A DNA stretch of 64,000 nt. Origin: Strigamia acuminata. Its lineage: Eukaryota. The position numbers and the translations under genes were made by a program. Below the pieces are notes generated by a model, which worked only from the letters and a program-made list of their open reading frames with translations, did no database searches and had not been told where the DNA came from. Below are positions 46,319 to 58,403 of this stretch, piece by piece. Numbering within the stretch: the first letter of the stretch is position 1; every line of letters starts with the position of its first letter. Where the stretch lies: assembly GCA_949358305.1 (NCBI GenBank), contig OX442314.1, positions 4,154,001-4,218,000 of the forward strand, written 5' to 3'.

Positions 46319-48220
46319 TGTGACGGTTTACAATGGCTATAAATGCCTATTTTCTTAGAAAGAAGCGCTGTTGCGCCATTATCATGATATCTCGAAGATA
46401 TTCTGTGTAAAACTGATAAATGTCTGGAATAAAGTTATTTATGATGTTTCAAATACAAAGATGTTCGTTTATTAAGAATAAACACTCATTCCTACTTGAT
46501 ATCAAAGGATTCCGGCCGAATCACGAAGAGTCGTCTGCTAAAACCGCATTTGTCAATGCGCAATGTTGCCACAAGATGGCGCGATTACGATTTAGCGGCA
46601 AATTCAAGATATGAATATAAAACATGTAAATAAATATAAAACTATATTTACTAGAATGAAACGAAGCTTTGTGAACATTAATATAAAGATATATTAATGT
46701 CTTGTGATGTTAAATACAATGTAACTTCCATTTTCTGCGGGACAGGACATTTGGTGATCAATCGATCAACCAATAGATCTGATTGGTGGATCCATTTCCG
46801 GTCCTGGGTATCCAGTTCCGGTTGTGGTGAGAATTAGCACATTGTTCCTCCGTATCCACTTCCGGTGATACGGGATTGGAGGGATTCGTGGAACCCATGT
46901 TCCAATTGGATAACTGGATTAATCCTTAATCCAGTCAGGTTATATAAACCCAAACAACCGGCCATTCTGCAGCTCTGTTTGATTATTTTCTGTTTGGTAT
47001 TGTTACTTAAGAAATATGATTCGTTGTTCACGTAAAAAACCTTTTGGTTCTTTGTTGATTTATTCGCAAAGAACCGTTGCATGATTCTACAGAATCATGC
47101 CACCGCCGGCAATTGAAGTCGAAGTGCTGGGATTATTATGTTGCATAAATGTTACAGTCTACGGTTGCGACGCCGAAGGAGAACCCGCCGTTGTGCAATT
47201 CAGTATCCTCCGGACAGGACCAAGTTGTCTTTTTCGGTATGAACGTATTCCGTTACCACGAGTAGCATCGGTATTGTTGAGAATCGGTTCCTTCACCTGA
47301 TGGTGCCAAAGCAGTCTGTTTTACAGTAACCACGAGTAGCACCAAGTGTTTGGCAAGCTGATTCTCATGGTATTCGATGCCAAAGCAGTCGGTCTATTAT
47401 TAGTACCGCGAGAGATAAAACTGCTGTGCGGAGCCGCGAGCTATCGACCCCTGTGTACGTGGTACCGTCAACCACTCGATGGACGACCGTGCTGCGACGC
47501 CGGGGACGCTTGATACCGTTCTGCATGGCAAGGCGTATATTCTAATCGATGGCAATTGTGTGTTGCGACGGGAAGCTTAATCTTCATTTTATTTATAACA
47601 GCAAAACTTAAACTCGACAACCAGTTGGACCAAAATCAAGTCAGAAGACTTAATCTCATATTGAACTCAATATAACCGATAAGTTGACGACAACTTATTC
47701 CCGAAATATCTAAATAAGAATTCACAACGATATGAATTAAATATAATTCATAAGTGGAATATTGATAAGTAAATGAATACATTTACTTACACCAATATCC
47801 TCCCAAAGTTGTGGCGGTGCAGACAAAGTCAACCGCAATGCTCAGATCATTCGATTTATCGACGTGCGATAGTTTACACAGCGAACCAAGAAAACCAGCG
47901 AAGCCGTATCGGACTCCAGGACACAGCCATCCGGCTTAAGATGACATCTATAATCAGGTCGAGCGATGGGGAAACCGCTCCCATATTCCAGACCCGTAGT
48001 GATATTATTCTAGGGCCAGTTGGCCAATTCTTTGTATAGTTTAATAGCTGATTTAACTTGCCAAATGTCGGCATTAGTCCTATGTATAATTTAGCCTTGA
48101 TATTATTGTTTACCAACAATAAACTGTCTTGTATTTATCTCGTATTGTATTCACTGTTTATTTATTGCGATCTCTTCCCGGTACCATTGTTAAATGGGAG
48201 TTGTGGTCGTCACCGTCACA
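46319..48220 (+). repeat. 3' LTR of B2
   Basis: Direct repeat of 38817-40718. Confidence 0.95.
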
Positions 48221-49593
48221 GACTTGAGATGGCGAAGCAGAAGGAGAAAAAGAATAAACTCCCACTTGCCGTAATATCTCGTAAACAACAAGCTATCAAG
48301 GAAAAAGAAGCAAGAAACCCAACAAACAGTAAAACTAAAAGCAAAGGGAATTAAAGAACAAGTTGGGATTGGGAGATCACACCGCGCCGCCGAGGGATTA
48401 GGGACTAATCCCCCCTCGTCGCGGTTGACCTTTCCTCGCTTTCCGCATTGTTTCTGCGGCTTGCGGTCAATGACTGGAGGGGCGTCGTTAAGCTGACTGT
48501 CTCCACCAAGTCTGACCACAAGTCGGATCTTATACTGGTAACGCGCGAGATCTTTGTGGGACCCAGATACCCATAAAAACGGCATTGGTTCCTCACAAGA
48601 TTCGCCACCGCATCCCGCTAAACTAACAAAAGGTGTGGGAAAACGGTGATAGAATGAGAGAAAAAAAAGAAAAACTATTCGTGAGACTCGAAAAGAAAAA
48701 AAAGAAAATAAACTGCCCATGTAAAAAAAAAATACAAGAAGGAAACAGGAAAAAAGGAAAAATAGAAGGAGAAATGATGATCGCGGTGGCGAACGAAAAG
48801 TGAAACTGATCGCCGCCCGAACACGATACGTGCGGAAAAACGAGGGAAAACCAAGCTTTTCTCACACAAATGTTTGTGGAATCAAGTCAAGAACACAAAT
48901 TGAGATTTCTCCCTAAGTGTTTCTGTGACTTAGTTCAGATGCGGCGCAGTTTTGTGAAAAACTCCCAACCTGCATCCGCGCCTGCTAACGGCGGCCGAAG
49001 CTGCCGCTTGCATTGCGATGAACGTAATTCGAGACGGAATGAGGGGAAAGGGGCAAGGGATGAGTGAATGTCAACAAGTGATGTTAAACAAGAACGGACA
49101 AAGTCCAAAACGAACCAGTCTTACCTTCATTGCGAAGAAAGATAACTTCTCGGCGAAAAATTTCGGCGCAAACGAGAGGGAAAAACTGATGTTGACAGTG
49201 TAAACACTCAACACAGAATGGGGAAACAGGATGTGAAAACCCTCGACCAAGTGCCTTTGGGTCTAAACAATACCCGACCCCTGCCCTGTGATTGGAGACC
49301 TAGCTCCCCCTCCTCCCCTTTATTGGGGCAATCCCAATATTCCATCGAAGAATATTCCATGGGGACGTAAGATAAGAAAAACAGCACAACAAAATTGGTT
49401 TATTGCAGGAAACCATTTCCACCAGATGTCCGCATGTGTTGGAACTAATATTTCAGCAAAATAACTTGCTTGAAAAATAGCGGCCACGATGTTTTCATCG
49501 TTGCTATGGCTACGCGTCCACCGGAAGATGCCGTGACGTCACTTCAGCGACTCAGTCATCAACACGTGGTTTCACGGAAACGTGAAAACGCGG

Positions 49594-52500
49594 TTAATGG
49601 TCATCACGGAATCTCAACGGCTTGTTACGTAGCCGTTTACCTAAAACCGGGCGTCGCGGAGAAATCCTCATCGGTTTCTTCCTCGCACGCTTCGTTTTAC
49701 GTTTAACTCCGGTTACTCCGGTAGGCGGAGCCACAGGAGTTGGCGGCGGGCCCTCAGCTGCAGGTTCGATGACCTCAACAGGTGGAACCGTTTCCGCCGC
49801 ATCCTCGGCTACCGGCCAGGTGGGTGTGGATTCGGGTGGTATATACCGCCTCAAGTTCACAATATTTACCGGACCTTTACATTTCAGCGTAATCGGCGTT
49901 GCCACCGTGTACACCAAAGGACTGATGACCTTTGTGACAACGTACGGGCCTTCAAATCGATCTTCCAACGATGCAGCATAACGGAGCGCTTTAACCGACA
50001 GTGGGTGAGTTCGAAGCAATACCAAATCATCCACCTCAAATGTATCGTCGCTACGATGTTGATCGTAATAAGACTTCTGTTTCTGTTTAGCCAGCGACTT
50101 ATTTTTGAGCGCTGCCTTCAACAACACATCCATCCTAGAGACCAACATTCTCACCGTGTCGTACGGCTGCTCGGGGTCGAAGGGTGCATCCAGAGCCACA
50201 CCGCGACTATCCCAAAACGGACGCAACTCACGGAGATACGTTAGCATTGCTGGTGATAAACCCGTTGTTGCCGATGGGGCCGTGCGCAAGGCGAAATTAA
50301 TGCCATTGATGCATCGGTCCCACTGGTCATGTTCGGACGTGAAAATCTGAAGCATAATTTTAATGTTCCGATTGACTCGTTCGGTGTAATTAGTTTGCGG
50401 GTGATATGGTGACGTCCTTAACGGAGTGACACCTGCCTCCCTGCACAACTCATTGTATACCTCTGAAATAAATTGTTTTCCGTTATCACTTACGATGAAC
50501 CGAGGGCATCCGTGATTATGAAAGAACCGCAACAACACGGGCACGACACTTGAAATTTTCGCCGTCCGCATCGCCGTAGCCTCAACCCATCCAGTGGCAT
50601 AGTCCACAATCACCAGAATATACCTGTTCCGGTCTCTCGTCATTGGTTTCGGGCCCATGAAGTCGACTCCGAGTCTTTCGAATCGGCCTATCATTGGTGA
50701 AACTGGCATCAGGAGTCCGGTTGGTTTCCTCTGCACAGGCTTGCAGCGCTGGCAACGGTCACACCTTGCGATGTATTCCCGCACGCTGCGTCTAAACCCG
50801 GGCCAGAAGAAACTCTGACGTAATCTCTCAGTCGTAACATCGACACCGCCATGTCCGGACAACGGGTGGTCGTGCACAACCTTGAGACAGCGGTCATGTA
50901 ACGAAACAGGCACCACGATTTTTAGTCCGGAGCCATATTCCGTGTTTTCCAAGAACATATCTGTCTTCAACGGGGCGTTTATATACAACACTCCGTTTGA
51001 AGCTAACATAAAGTCAGTCTTGTACTGTAGCATGAGCGGTGAGAGTTGGGATAGGGACGTCTCGTCTCCTTTCTCCATCTTCAACCACTTAATTAGGATC
51101 GCACAATCGGCGTCGGCCAACTGACCCGTCCGTATCTCATCGAGAGACATAGTTAGATCAGCCGACCCAGAGGCCAAAAGTGAGTGTGACAGCAAAAGTG
51201 CGTCCGCTTCTCCGGGTAGAGCCTCTGATGTCGTTAAGTCGTCATCTAGGCTCACTCGTGAGAGCGCATCAGCCACCTTGTTGTCTACACCTTTTCGATA
51301 CTTAATAACAAAATCCTCCTGCTGAAGTTTCATAGCCCATCGAGCCAAACGACCGGACGGATTCTCGCATGACATAAGCCACTCAAGAGCCATATGGTCT
51401 GTTTCGACTACGAACTTTGAATACTCCACGTACGGCTTGAACTTATTAACAGCCCAAACCACTCCTAGGCATTCGAGCTCTGAAGCGCTGTAGTTAGCCT
51501 CTGCACCCTGGAGAGTGCGGCTAGCGTAGGCGACAGGTCTCACCTTCTCTTCGTCATCAGCCTGCATGAGGACTGCACCGAGACCGCCTGCACTAGCATC
51601 GGTGTGAATGATGAAAGGGCGGGCAAAATCAGGCAAAGGTAGCACGATCCCATTAGCCAGCTGATGCTTCAGAGTCGTGAAAGCATCCTGGCACTCCTTC
51701 GACCAACTCCATGCTATATCCTTTTTGAGGAGCAGGAAGAATGGTTTCGAAGTGATGTTCAGATCTTTCAGTAATGGCGCGTAGAATCCAACCATACCGA
51801 TAAAACGTTGCAACTGCTTTACGTTCTTCGGTGGCGGATACTCCACGATCGCTTGCACCTTGCTTCCGTTTGGACTGTATCCTATAGGTGTCATGGTGAA
51901 ACCAAGGAAATCCCAGTCAGCAGGGCAAACAAACGATTTAGATGGGCTAGCCGTCAGGTTTACCTTCTCCAATCGGGCCAACACATCCGCCAAATGCATC
52001 AAGTGTTCATCAAATGACTTGCTGTAAATGACAATGTCATCCAGAAAAGCCAGAGCCCACTTGAATTTCGCTTCCCCCAAAACCTCGTCCATCATGCGTT
52101 GAAACGCACTGGGTGCATTACACAACCCGAACGGCATTCTAGTAAATTGGAACGTGCCCTCAGGGGTGGCAAAAGCCGTTTTGCACTTGTCTCCGGGCTT
52201 CAACTTAATTTGGTAGTAGCCCTTAGTCAAGTCTAGAGTCGTAAAATAAGTACTCCCCCCCAGACACGCCAAAATCATAGAGATTGACGGCATTTGATAG
52301 ACGTCTTTCTCAGTGACCTTGTTCAGTTGTCGGAAATCGATACAAAGACGATAGTTACCACACTTCTTCTTCACGATGACCGGTGGGTTCTTGTAGCTGC
52401 TTTCGCATCTCTCAACCTCACCTTTGCTAAGTGACTCTTCCACCAACTGGCGAAAAATTTCAGCTTTAGCGGGGTTCATCGGTCGATCTCTGCATTTAAA

Positions 52501-53313
52501 AGGTGGGTTGTCACCGGTTGGGATCTTATGTTCCGCATCCGGGTGACAACCAGCTTTATCGCTAAAGGTACGGCTGTATTCGTCAATTAAATACGACAAC
52601 CTCACCTTCTGCGAATCATCCAGTTCACATTTCGACATTAAACGCTCCGCAAGCGTAGGCCCAGCAGATTCGCCAGCTATCCGTGAGGATTCGGCGAGCT
52701 CCCACTGGTCCACGGCAGGGACCGCTAAGTCTACTCTATACGGTTGGGGGTCAAAAGGAAATGTCTCCTCCGGATTATCAAGGTGAAACCAATCATTCCG
52801 GGGCAATCTAATCACGATGTTGTTCCCCTTAATCCAGTTGCACCCGAGGAGGATGAAACACGAACTAGAGGGTAACACCGGGAAACGGATCTTTTGACTC
52901 CCAGTTCTCCAGCACAGAAGCAACTCGAGTATTCCAATTGGACTCGTTACTCTGTCACCAGTCATAACCCGAATAGGATTCTTACAGGGTTCAATCAGGT
53001 GCATGAGATTAAACCTGTCGGCCATAGCGCTACTGATATAAGGACCAGTTGCGCCGCAGTCAACCAAAGCTTTTGTCTCATGGCCGTTCAAGCAAACATT
53101 GATGTAGGGAAGAGGGCAATTCCAATCCCTAACAGCAACGTGTACTATATCGAATACCTCAACCTCGGGCAGTCCCGAGAAGGGGTGTGGTTCTGAAGGT
53201 GAGAAGTCTGCAAAGATATCATCATCCAAATCAGTCCCACTGGGTGCTAAGAAGGAAGCGGCTTGCTTGCAGACTTCGGACGAATTTAATCCTCCGGAGC
53301 CTGCTCCAGCTCG
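49594..53313 (-). CDS. pol: Pol of element C: protease, RT, RNase H, integrase (intact)
   Basis: LVDCGA, RLCIDFR, MPFGLCNAP, FLDD, IHTDAS, H..H..CDRC zinc finger, VDFMG / SDNG / TERVN DDE core, GPY motif; Gypsy domain order; frame open upstream to 53313. Confidence 0.95.
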   Translation of the reverse strand, partial: RAGAGSGGLNSSEVCKQAASFLAPSGTDLDDDIFADFSPSEPHPFSGLPEVEVFDIVHVAVRDWNCPLPYINVCLNGHETKALVDCGATGPYISSAMADRFNLMHLIEPCKNPIRVMTGDRVTSPIGILELLLCWRTGSQKIRFPVLPSSSCFILLGCNWIKGNNIVIRLPRNDWFHLDNPEETFPFDPQPYRVDLAVPAVDQWELAESSRIAGESAGPTLAERLMSKCELDDSQKVRLSYLIDEYSRTFSDKAGCHPDAEHKIPTGDNPPFKCRDRPMNPAKAEIFRQLVEESLSKGEVERCESSYKNPPVIVKKKCGNYRLCIDFRQLNKVTEKDVYQMPSISMILACLGGSTYFTTLDLTKGYYQIKLKPGDKCKTAFATPEGTFQFTRMPFGLCNAPSAFQRMMDEVLGEAKFKWALAFLDDIVIYSKSFDEHLMHLADVLARLEKVNLTASPSKSFVCPADWDFLGFTMTPIGYSPNGSKVQAIVEYPPPKNVKQLQRFIGMVGFYAPLLKDLNITSKPFFLLLKKDIAWSWSKECQDAFTTLKHQLANGIVLPLPDFARPFIIHTDASAGGLGAVLMQADDEEKVRPVAYASRTLQGAEANYSASELECLGVVWAVNKFKPYVEYSKFVVETDHMALEWLMSCENPSGRLARWAMKLQQEDFVIKYRKGVDNKVADALSRVSLDDDLTTSEALPGEADALLLSHSLLASGSADLTMSLDEIRTGQLADADCAILIKWLKMEKGDETSLSQLSPLMLQYKTDFMLASNGVLYINAPLKTDMFLENTEYGSGLKIVVPVSLHDRCLKVVHDHPLSGHGGVDVTTERLRQSFFWPGFRRSVREYIARCDRCQRCKPVQRKPTGLLMPVSPMIGRFERLGVDFMGPKPMTRDRNRYILVIVDYATGWVEATAMRTAKISSVVPVLLRFFHNHGCPRFIVSDNGKQFISEVYNELCREAGVTPLRTSPYHPQTNYTERVNRNIKIMLQIFTSEHDQWDRCINGINFALRTAPSATTGLSPAMLTYLRELRPFWDSRGVALDAPFDPEQPYDTVRMLVSRMDVLLKAALKNKSLAKQKQKSYYDQHRSDDTFEVDDLVLLRTHPLSVKALRYAASLEDRFEGPYVVTKVISPLVYTVATPITLKCKGPVNIVNLRRYIPPESTPTWPVAEDAAETVPPVEVIEPAAEGPPPTPVAPPTGVTGVKRKTKRARKKPMRISPRRPVLGKRLRNKPLRFRDDH

Positions 53314-54911
53314 TTTTCCGACTCAGTCGTTTCTTCGGTTATACCTTTCGTGAAGAACACAGCTTTCGCCAGTTCCTCAGTCAGGTGGGCCACGCGTTCA
53401 GCAGCCTTACCGGCGAGTTTGTGTTTAATTGTGCACTGGCGTTCAAAATGCGGTCCGCCACAATGCCAACAACCTGCGCCAGTAGGCGCGATCGCATGAT
53501 CCTTCAGCAGGTTAGACGCGGGTCGGGTAGCGACCGTCTTCGGGGTTTCCGTAGGCTTCCCACTAGGGGTCGCCACAGGCTTACCCGTCTGAGGCTTCAA
53601 CCAACTCCGCGTTCTATCTCCGCTCTTCAGGTCAGCAAACTTCGGCAACGCCTGGGCCGGCGGTGAATGCCAATGTGGTATGATTACGCTGGCCGGGTCA
53701 CGGAACCTTTCCATTGCCAAAGCTGCTGGGGCGAAACGTACACAGGAGCGTTTCAATCCTAGCCAGGAGTGATCCCATGCCAAGGTGTTCGCTGCCATAG
53801 TGCACGTTTCCGGGGTCATAGCTGCCAAAGCATAGTTAATTTTATACTCATCCGCTATTGGCACCTACATCTGGTTAAACAACGCGTCCAGGTCCGTCCA
53901 AATCTGCAAAGCCGTCACATCCTTCGCCTGCTTGATGGATACTACTTTCGCGAGTAGTTGGCTGTCGGAAGGTGCGAACCGGGTCTGGAAAGCAACTTCG
54001 AACTCATCCCACGTTTTTACGGGCATCGTCGATTGCCACCAAGATAGGGCGTCACCTGTAAAAAATCTCGACAAGAAACGTCTAGCCACATAATCGAGCT
54101 GTAGCTCGGCGAAGGACAGGTTCGATCTCAGCTGGATGAGAAACGTCCTTGCCGCCGTGCGATCGCCCGAGAACGGGTCCATGCGTATCTGCGCAACATG
54201 TTTGGTCAATTGCTCCACATCTGGTAAACCTTTAGATGTGGGGATGTTGAACTGCGTTATAACTTTATCTGCTGGCACCTCAACCCCGAGATGCATTGAG
54301 ACGTCCGCGGCGAGAGGTGGAGTGGTCCACCTCCTCACCTTTTGCGCGGGCATCGCCTGCATCAATCGTGGATTGACAGGTAGGGAGTCGCTCGGTGCAA
54401 CCGAGTTTATTTCGTCCGAGACAGAAGCGACCGAACTAATGTCCGAGTCTGCTCCTGAACCGAGTACACTAGCGCCTCTCCCACCAGCAAACCTACTTTT
54501 CATCTTGTAGTACTTTGCTTCGAGCGCCTTCAACTCACTAGTGTGAGTTAACAGCTCCTTCGAGCGAGTATCTCTTAACACCTCATTCTGCCTTTCGGCG
54601 TCGAGAAACGCTTGGCGAGTCTCTGACGCCATATGGTCGGAATGTTCAGCCTCTCTACGCGCGGCAGCGGCATCGTTCAGCGCCTGCTGTCGCGTCGTAA
54701 GGAAATCTTTTATTGCTTCCTCGAGGTCGTGCTGTGACGCGAAGTCACCCGCATCCACCCCGAGCAGGTCGGCCAATTTCTCGGCCAACTCTGGATTCAA
54801 ATCGAGATCCATTGCCTTCTTAGTCAAAGATCTGGATCGACGTTTTGGTGAGCGTGATTGAGACCGTGTCTTGACCATGAGTGAAGAGTGAAGATTTCTG
54901 TCCACTCGCAC
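53286..54911 (-). pseudogene. gag: Gag of element C with in-frame TAG at 53865-53867
   Basis: Two abutting same-frame ORFs; capsid-like FSGD...FFTGDALSWWQ..TWDEFEVAFQTRF and knuckle CWHCGGPHFERQC. Confidence 0.85.
53291..53319 (-). promoter_or_regulatory. Candidate -1 frameshift signal of element C
   Basis: G_GAA_AAC (53319-53313) just after the last TGA in the pol frame, followed by CTGGAGC-AG-GCTCCGG stem; pol is -1 relative to gag. Confidence 0.6.
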
Positions 54912-57790
54912 TCAGCAAACCAATCCAATGTCAGGTGGTTAGCTGCAGCCAGTCACAGTCGCCTACAACTAGGTCAACTTTAGACTTCACAAATGCTACC
55001 AGCTCCGCCTTTCAAGGGTAGCGACCAGTTAATGACCTTCCCTGGTGGGCCTTGGGCAATCCCAGGTCCATCTAGGGTATTTTTAGACTTCCAGGACAAA
55101 AGGCTATGACTCGAGGAACAAAAGGGTGCCATAAATGTCATCCTGTTTCCCTCAAACCACATGCCTTTTTGTCTCTTTGCAGCGATTCGGTAGCAATAGT
55201 CCAGGTAGGGGTCACTGTTGAAACAACACGACTCCCAGCCAAAAAACTATCACCCTGCAGGGGCATCTCGCCTCCTGTTCTGCACAGCAACCTGTCACAA
55301 ATATAAATAAATGTAGAAACTGGCAAAAGTAATAAATTTTGGTACTTCTCAGCGCCCCAAAAGATCAAATTAGCGGTTATATTTTGGTATTTTCTAATCC
55401 ACGCCCCAAAACAAAAAATTAGCGAACACCTTTCTGGTACTTATCCACGCCCCAAAAGATAGAAAACGGCGAACACCTTTCCGGCATTTATCCACGCCCC
55501 AGAAGATAGAAATGGGCGACTGGAAGTTCTCTGACACTCCCAAACTAACAAACCAATGCATGATTCGTCTTTCCCTTCGTGTTCTAAATTATTCACGCCA
55601 GAACCAAGTAGAAAAAACTGCGTATATCGATTTTTCGTGGCATTTTCCATCGCGCCCCACAGCTTCGATGCTAAGGCGTACGTTTTTCTTTGCGCTGGTG
55701 TATACGTCTGCCACCAGTTTTAACCCCTGCTGAAAACGCTAAAACGCGTGTTTCAGGCTTCCTTTGGCATAGCTAGCTCCAGCACCAAAATCACACCCGA
55801 AACACCATCAAGATCGCGATAATCCTGATGAGGCAAAAATGTCGACTCGTTCGCCTCAGACTAAGAGTGAAGGGAAATCGGCGAACAGAGCCAGAGTCAG
55901 ATCGGAGGTATTGCAACTGAACACGGTCCAGCGCCAGGGAAAGTTAGGTCCAATCCCCGGGAGCCTCACTCCTCACCAACCCGGATATGAAATTAGAGTA
56001 GAAATAGGATAAAAGAAGGGTTCAAGAAAAATGTGGTATGTTTCACAAAATTGGGAAGAGGGATCCACACACAGCACATTGAAAACAAAGATTAAAAAGG
56101 TGTTGGGCTGGATTCACAGTCTTTTTTCAAAGCTGTTAGCCACCCAATCCGTGCTTGCAAGCATTCCACGCGCGGTTTGAAAGCAAAACACCTTCGGGCT
56201 CGACACCTGAGCAGTCCCCTGCAAAGGCCGCCCCCCCGCTATCCGAGACCCAATTTCCACGGCAAGGCAGTGAAATCGGTACAATGTGTCGTGAATGCGC
56301 ATATAAAACACATTGCCAAAATCACACCAAGCCGTGTCCACCAGTGCTCGGGACAGGGTTGGAAACCCAGTCTCCGTGCATTCTCCTTAAGTACGCGTGC
56401 CTGTGATTCAAAAGATTACTCAAACCGCTGCAACCAGGAATGTACCTCTGGCCAGTAATGAACAGAGCTCCCCTAAATTTACCGCATTAGTTTATTGTCG
56501 TCCGGGCAAGGCACAGGGCTGAACCGGGATATACTGCACCCAGCAGCATGCCTGCCCACCACAACAACACCACATTCACGTTTCCCGCCAAAAAACACAC
56601 TCGGAAAAAGCACCAAATTTGCAAATCCAGGGAAAGAAATAAAAGAACCTAATCTACCATTCGTCTGGTGTGGTGCCGACCCTCTAAGACACTCATTACG
56701 TCTGCGTAACCTCAGGAATGTCATGGGTAACACGTTGCCGGCTTGTTCAAGCCTAACCCCTACACACCCCACTTTCAGTATGTCCCTAAAACGATGAAGC
56801 TGTACATCTCCAACGCCTCAGACCACAAATTCTGAGCACCTACAAATGGTTTCTCTCCCAATTGCACACCAAGGAAATAAATTATAAAATAATATAAAAA
56901 TGGCATAAAGCTCATGTGTTGGTTGGCCATTATTATCCCAAGATGATTAAAGGAAACACCAAGGTCAAACTCAAGTCAACCAAACACACAAGAAAAATAC
57001 ACTTCAAAATAATAATAAAAAAAAATGGTATGGCATTAAACTAATGTGCTGGTTGGCTATTGTCATCATAAAGTGGACCTTAATTGTAACAGAAAAAAAA
57101 AGAACAAATCAATCAAACCCCAGCCAGGCCAGCAAAAAAAGAAAAAACGCCATAAAATAATATAAAATCGCACAACACTCCTCAAAAACTCGAACAATAC
57201 CCAGCTCAAATTCAGAGAAGAGTGTGACAGAAGAATAACAAGTGTTTCTCACCCCGACCCTAAAAATAGACACACAGTGCAAGTGAAAACAAAGACAAAA
57301 GCTCTGCGAGGTCAAGTCAGTGCGAGGGGAGAAAAACACAAAAGAATGGACATAATGGCATGCGTTGCTATGACCGCCTGAGGTGGAGAGCAAATCCCCC
57401 CAGCCACCCAGAGAAATGAATACCAAAATGTTTTGGTTGGTTGCAGTGCGTCTGAAAATAAATTTCAGAGCCCCCAACCATACCAGCACTGAGAAAAATA
57501 CAATCCAAGAAACCTTCAAATGAAAAAGCATTCAGCCCCCCACAACTAAGCCTCTCACGCGACCCAAAGTGGCTAACAAAAACACCTTTCAAATTCCTCA
57601 GCCCCTCAAAGAAAGTAATTAACCCACATTCCAAAATAAAAACAAGAGAAAAATAATACAATTGAGCCCCCACCAAGGAGCAAAGCAAAGAGCAACAAAA
57701 ACTGGGGCATAAAGCAAAACAAAATGCAACCAAAATTTGACACACAAGGCAAAACAAAATGGCGGAAACACACAAAAAAAAAATTTCCAA

Positions 57791-57815
57791 GTTCAAATCT
57801 CGGACAGGGCCCTCA
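57791..57815 (-). promoter_or_regulatory. Degenerate PBS of element C (tRNA-Pro/Gln-like)
   Basis: TGAGGGCCCTGTCCGAGATTTGAAC, 2 nt after the 5' LTR, including the T-loop complement. Confidence 0.6.
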
Positions 57816-57817
57816 AT

Positions 57818-58403
57818 TGTGACTGCTATGGTCTCGCCAGTGTAGTCAGGGGACTGATAACACCGGGTAGGGACGCATACTTCACGTAAATAACGGGGAA
57901 TCCCACAATATTGGTTGGTTGGCCTTTATTGTGTTGTCTAGGGGTATGGGGAATCCCGTTACCCGTTGCAGGGGTGCCACGAAGGCACGCCGCACCGGCA
58001 ACCGACCCGTCACACACTGGGCGCGAGCCCAATGGGTGACGTGGTCGGTTCAACGTTACATTCATGCTGTACTTACCTACAGCCCGCAGTGACCACTCAT
58101 GGAGGCTGTATCGGGTGGAAAACCCAGATACTGAGCATCGCTGTGGTGAATGGGAAGGAGTGCAGAGTCCTCTCAGCCGGGACACGTCTTGTCCCCTCGT
58201 CTACTCCAACACCCTGGAACTCTGTCAACACACGACCTGCCTGGTCGGTGTCCGCACTCTCTCTCTCTGCAACTCCTCCCCACACCACTTAGCTCCCTCC
58301 TTCCCCCGGGCTAGATCACCTTGCCCAATCAGGGGGTGATCTTGGGGCCGTATGGTGGTGTGTGGCAGTGACGAAGGTCACCCCAGGTGGCCTGACGGTC
58401 ACA
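57818..58403 (-). repeat. 5' LTR of C
   Basis: Direct repeat of 34835-35420. Confidence 0.96.

Larger units (their letters stand above)
38817..48220 (+). mobile_element. Family B copy B2, nested antisense in element C
   Basis: 1902-bp LTRs (1 difference seen), TSD GACT (38813-38816 / 48221-48224), PBS 40721-40739, PPT 46309-46316. Confidence 0.95.
34835..58403 (-). mobile_element. Ty3/Gypsy family C element (about 14.2 kb without nested B2)
   Basis: 586-bp LTRs (1 mismatch seen), TSD CTAC (34831-34834 / 58404-58407), uninterrupted paralogous site at about 32375-32400, PPT at 35421-35433, gag, full pol, ORF3. Confidence 0.96.

Noticed and set aside
15276..48220. B1/B2 as a large inverted repeat or assembly artefact
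   Set aside because: Each has its own TSD and host site and a distinct U3 sequence, so they are independent insertions
55824..55852. CTGATGAG as a hammerhead ribozyme core
   Set aside because: No correctly placed GAAA after a stem II and no closing stems
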